Sequence record: NZ_CP106961.1
Length of the DNA: 64,000 bases
Direction: 5' to 3' (one strand)
Origin: a plasmid
Positions 59,781-64,000 of the stretch are shown here, piece after piece. The position numbers and the translations under genes are program-made. Positions within the stretch are counted from its first letter, which is position 1; every line of letters begins with the position of its first letter. The notes beneath the pieces are model-generated. The model was given only the letters and a program-made list of their open reading frames with translations, was not told the origin of the DNA and did no database searches.

Positions 59781-62309
59781 AATGTCATTTTCCCCTCAGT
59801 TGATGTCATTGAGCGGACCCTGGCTGAAGCAGCAACGCTTGCAGACAGGGCGGTTTTTTCTGCGCTTACCGCGCAGCTTGAACCAGGGCACAAAGCGGCA
59901 CTGGACCGTCTGCTGAGATCTGAGGGTGAGCAACCCTCACGGCTGGCCTGGCTGCTCCAGCCTCCGGGAAAAATTAATGGCAAAAATGTCCTGCAACATA
60001 TCGACCGGTTAAATGCGATTGAGGCGCTGGCACTGCCTGACGGTATTGCGCTTTCCGTTCACCAGAACCGGCTCCTGAAACTGGCACGCGAAGGCAGGAA
60101 AATGAGTAGCCGGGACCTGGCAAAATTCACGGATGTTCGCCGTTATGCCTCGCTGGTTTGTGTTATATCGGAAGCCAGGGCCACCCTGACTGACGAAGTT
60201 ATTGATCTGCACGAGCGTATTCTGGGCAGTCTGTTCAGCAGGGCAAAACGCACGCAAGCCGAACGGCTTCAGCAAACGGGAAAGCTGATTCAGAGTAAGC
60301 TGAAGCAATACGTTACCATCGGGCAGGCATTGCTTAACGCCAGAGAGTCTGGTGAAGATCCCTGGGCCGCAATAGAAGACGTCCTTCCCTGGCAGGAATT
60401 TATCAACAGCGTGGAAGAGACGCGCTTCCTGTCACGTAAGGACAACTTTGACCCGTTGCATCTGATCACAGAAAAATACAGTACGCTGCGTAAATACGCC
60501 CCCCGGATGCTGTCTGCGTTGCAGTTCAGGGCTGCACCCGCCGCATTGCAGCTCAGTGACGCGCTGGACACCGTCAGAGAGATGTATCGAAAACAACTCC
60601 GAAAAGTACCGCCTTCCGCGCCAACCGGGTTCATCCCGCAAAGCTGGAGAAAGGCTGTGATCACTCCCACCGGCATTGATCGAAAATATTACGAATTTTG
60701 CGTGCTGAATGAGCTGAAGGGAGCCTTACGTTCTGGTGACATCTGGGTAAAGGGATCACGCCGCTACCGGAATTTCGATGATTATCTGATCCCGTCTGAC
60801 GATTTTGAAAAATCACTCCGTGATAATCAGCTATCCCTTGCCATTCCGACCGATTGCCATGAGTACATCAAGAACCGTATGACACTTCTGGCATCGCGCC
60901 TGGAGGAAGTGAATGCGATGGCGCTGGTCGGTGATTTACCTGATGTTGATATATCGGATAAAGGCGTGAAAATAACCCCGCTGGATAATAGTGTCCCTTC
61001 AGCAGCATCCCCTTTTGCCGATTTGGTTTATGGCATGCTGCCTCACCCTAAAATTACTGAAATTCTGGATGAAGTGGACGGCTGGACCGGTTTTACCCGC
61101 CATTTCACGCATCTTAAAAATAAACACGTCAGACCAAAAGACAGAAAGTTGTTACTGACCACCATCCTGGCCGATGGCATCAATCTGGGGCTGACGAAAA
61201 TGGCCGAATCCTGTCCGGGAGTGACAAAATCGTCACTGGAGGGCATTCAGGCCTGGTACATCAGGGATGAAACATATTCAGCCGCGCTGGCTGAGCTGGT
61301 TAATACTCAGAAACAGCGGCATCTGGCTGCATTTTGGGGCGATGGTACAACGTCTTCGTCTGACGGGCAGAACTTTCGGGTGGGGAGTCACGGGCGTTAT
61401 GCGGGTCAGGTCAATCTGAAATACGGGCAGGAACCAGGCGTGCAGATTTACACGCATATCTCGGATCAATACAGCCCATTTTACACCAAAGTGATCAGTC
61501 GCGTGCGCGACTCCACCCACGTACTTGACGGTCTGCTATACCACGAAAGTGATCTGGAAATTACAGAGCATTACACTGATACCGCTGGTTTTACGGAGCA
61601 TGTTTTCGCGCTGATGCATCTGCTCGGATTCGCTTTTGCCCCAAGGATCCGGGATCTTCACGACAAGCGGCTTTTTATTAAGGGAAAGGCTGAGCGTTAT
61701 CCGGGACTTCAATCTGTGATAGCCACAACACCACTGAATCTTAAAGACATTGAGACGCACTGGAATGAGGTACTTCGCCTCGCAAGCTCGATAAAACAGG
61801 GGACTGTTACCGCATCGCTCATGATGAAAAAACTGGCCAGTTATCCTAAACAAAATGGCCTTGCAAAGGCATTGAGGGAAATCGGACGCATCGAACGGGC
61901 ACTGTTTATGCTGGACTGGTTTCGCGATCCATCACTGCGCCGACGCGTACAGGCTGGGCTGAATAAAGGTGAGGCCCGCAATGCGCTTGCACGAGCGGTC
62001 TTTATGCACCGGTTGGGTGAGATCAGAGATCGGGGGCTGGAGAATCAGAGCTACCGGGCCAGTGGTCTGACATTGCTGACTGCGGCGATCTCCCTGTGGA
62101 ATACGGTATATATAGAAAGAGCCATAGATTCCCTGAGACGAAAAGGGATCCCAATTAATGAGCAACTGATTTCTCATTTGTCCCCTCTGGGATGGGAGCA
62201 CATCAATCTGAGTGGGGATTACGTCTGGCGGACAAACCTTAAGCTGGGGCAGGGTAAATACAGTTCATTACGCTCAGTGGATAGTGGTCTGTACAAAAAA
62301 CAGGCTTAG
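59781..62309 (+). pseudogene. tnpA: Tn3-family tnpA, C-terminal 842 codons (continuation after the ISPpu12-like insertion)
   Basis: The product NVIFPSVDVIERTLAEAATLADR...[35 protein letters not shown]...KYSSLRSVDSGLYKKQA* is in frame with the N-terminal part once the insertion and one target copy are removed. That reconstruction gives 994 aa. Confidence 0.85.
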
Positions 62310-62342
62310 CGTAGGATATTTTCCGTTTTCCAAGCGGACCCC
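62305..62342. repeat. Right 38-bp inverted repeat of the ars/chrA Tn3-family transposon
   Basis: CTTAGCGTAGGATATTTTCCGTTTTCCAAGCGGACCCC is the right-end repeat. Confidence 0.85.
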
Positions 62343-63475
62343 TATCTCTACGTTGCCGGTTTCATGTCTGGCGTGAGAAGCTTGCATAGCAAGCTTCTCT
62401 GATCCGCGTCCTCATTTATAGACTGCTGCCTATAAAACTGCGCTAGTGTTTTTCGTCATAGTAACAAACGAATTAATACAACCAGATTCGCACTTCCTTT
62501 ACGTTTTTTAGCTCAATGAAGCCCACCGCGAGCACTTCCAATGGTCAATAAAAATTGGTCACTCCTTGAGGCTTTTTCGTAAAATAGCTCTGATTGCTTC
62601 GGCGGCAACCTGTTCGACGTCTGATTCGGACGCACAGAATGAAATGCCGAGCCGGATTTTCTTACCCAGCACGAAAAAATTGTCAGCAAAGAAGTACTAT
62701 GTGGCCTGGGAACATAAGACATGTGCTGTACATCAACAACTTATCATTCATCATGTCAGAGCAGTCGGCAGTCGTGATCAGATGCTTGGTGCAAGTGGTG
62801 ATTTATAACAGCCAAATTGTCGTCTCGGATATTACCTACGCTGAGATGCGCTTTAGGACAGGCCTCAGTATGTCAGGATCAGCTCGCGTGCTTCGATGCC
62901 GTCATTTACAAAAATCACCCTTATACTAGCGAAATGAAGGCAGTGCTGGCCGCAGCCAGGATGTCGATTGGATCGAACGACTCTGCCCTATCGGACGTAC
63001 CGCATGCAAATTCTGTAGTTTTTGTTGACTAAGGATTATGAGTTTAACTTGCAAGTTAGACGGACACTTTTCTTTTTGGTTAAAGCCATCCTCAGGGTGA
63101 GCAATGTCCTTTTAGTCCTAATGCATTGATATTTATTATTAATTTACCCTTACATCCAAGTCGGATAGACATATTTTTTGTCTGATCTGCAGGCATCTGT
63201 AAAAAAACTCTTAACTTGGACGGACAAATTACTTATAGAGCAATTCAAAACCGCCGCAGAAAGTGCCCCCTAGCATTTATTACGTAATTGATTCTAAATC
63301 TAAATGAGTCTGCGGGTTTATCACCAGAAGTTTGACCATTACAATAGAATAAATGTCAAACTGAGGTAACTTATGAACAAACATACCACAACAGAACTAG
63401 AGCTGAGCGCAAAAGTGACGCTGGCAGATTTTCAACTAAGTCTTCTGAAAAGGATTAATAACATCGCGGTCTCAC

Positions 63476-64000
63476 TGAATCGCCACGGGTTTAACAGACA
63501 CCTCAGAGTCATTTAAGATGGCTTAAAGAGAGGTGCCCATGAGCGGTAAGCGTTATCCCGAAGAGTTTAAAACTGAAGCAGTCAAACAGGTTGTTGATCG
63601 CGGTTATTCTGTTTCCAGCGTTGCAACACGTCTCGATATCACCACCCACAGCCTTTATGCCTGGATAAAGAAGTACGGTCCGGATTCTTCCACTAATAAA
63701 GAACAGTCAGATGCTCAGGCCGAGATCCGCCGTCTCCAGAAAGAGCTGAAACGGGTTACCGACGAACGGGACATATTAAAAAAAGCCGCGGCGTACTTCG
63801 CAAAGCTGTCCGACTGAGGTACGTCTTTATCCGTGACAACTCCTGTTGCTGGCCTGTTCGCCTGCTCTGTCGGGTGCTGGATGTTCATCCCAGTGGTTTT
63901 TACGCCTGGCTTCAGCAGCCGCATTCACAACGCCATCAGGCAGACCTGAGACTGACAGGACAGATTAAACAGTTCTGGCTGGAATCGGGATGCGTCTATG
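63476..64000 (+). mobile_element. IS3-family insertion sequence, 5' part (runs off window)
   Basis: A candidate left inverted repeat begins TGAATCGCCACGGG. The orfA ends with the IS3-type motif AAYFAK, followed by a -1-frame orfB start (…RDNSCCWPVRLLCRVLDVHPSGFYAWLQQ…). Confidence 0.7.
63539..63817 (+). CDS. IS3-family OrfA (HTH transposase subunit)
   Basis: The product is MSGKRYPEEFKTEAVKQVVDRGYSVSSVATRLDITTHSLYAWIKKYGPDSS...ILKKAAAYFAKLSD. An AAAGAGAGG ribosome-binding site lies 6 nt upstream. Confidence 0.8.
   Translation: MSGKRYPEEFKTEAVKQVVDRGYSVSSVATRLDITTHSLYAWIKKYGPDSSTNKEQSDAQAEIRRLQKELKRVTDERDILKKAAAYFAKLSD

Larger units (their letters stand above)
50376..62342 (+). mobile_element. 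Tn3-family transposon (about 11.97 kb) carrying arsRBC-arsH-padR-chrA, with divergent tnpR and tnpA; its tnpA is interrupted by an ISPpu12-like element
   Basis: The element is bounded by 38-bp inverted repeats GGGGTCCGCTTGGAAAACGGAAAATATCCTACGTTAAG at 50376-50413 and its reverse complement at 62305-62342 (1 mismatch). The tnpA stop lies inside the right repeat. The 5-bp flanks differ (ttcat versus tatct). Confidence 0.8.

Overview
This window reads as a mosaic accessory region of a large enterobacterial plasmid, probably Klebsiella/Enterobacter/E. coli type. Most of it is metal-resistance and sugar-utilisation cargo bounded and interrupted by insertion sequences.

From left to right:
1. A GC-rich, 5'-truncated Cd/Zn-type P-type ATPase gene (cadA-like), followed by a gene stub cut by IS26.
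2. IS26 at 1910-2729, which truncates a Tn21-family mercury transposon. The remnant carries merA' (3' end of merA), merD, merE, a small Cys-rich ORF, res, tnpR and tnpA up to a 38-bp terminal inverted repeat. The tnpA is a pseudogene with a 1-nt frameshift and an exactly inverted 1.3-kb internal segment.
3. A partial IS1 abutting a lac operon: lacA' (truncated), lacY, lacZ, the lac promoter/operator and lacI. This is an E. coli-like lac region of the kind carried on Klebsiella plasmids.
4. Orphan Tn3-family inverted repeats.
5. A block of poorly characterised genes: two hypothetical ORFs (181 and 171 aa), a 559-aa protein with an internal tandem repeat and a His-hydrophobic-His motif, and a truncated IS911.
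6. An AT-rich islet holding a small acidic protein and a 304-aa protein with a C-terminal McrA-like HNH nuclease motif.
7. The complete silver/copper locus: silESRCFBA, a DUF411 gene and silP.
8. An M23-peptidase gene disrupted by an IS1-flanked composite element with 9-bp target duplications. The element carries an alpha-glucoside-type PTS utilisation cluster: an EEP-family protein, a PTS EIICB, a GH13 alpha-glucosidase and a LacI-family regulator.
9. pcoABCDRSE with an upstream PcoE-like gene.
10. A 12-kb Tn3-family transposon with 38-bp inverted repeats carrying arsRBC, arsH, padR and chrA, with tnpR and tnpA. An ISPpu12-like ISL3 element (its own cargo: MerR-like regulator, CDF transporter, lspA) has inserted into that tnpA with an 8-bp target duplication.
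11. The start of an IS3-family element at the window end.

No CRISPR array, rRNA or tRNA was seen. The least-understood parts, and the best candidates for something undescribed, are the HNH-nuclease islet at 17.9-20.5 kb and the 14.1-17.2 kb block, especially the 559-aa repeat protein.
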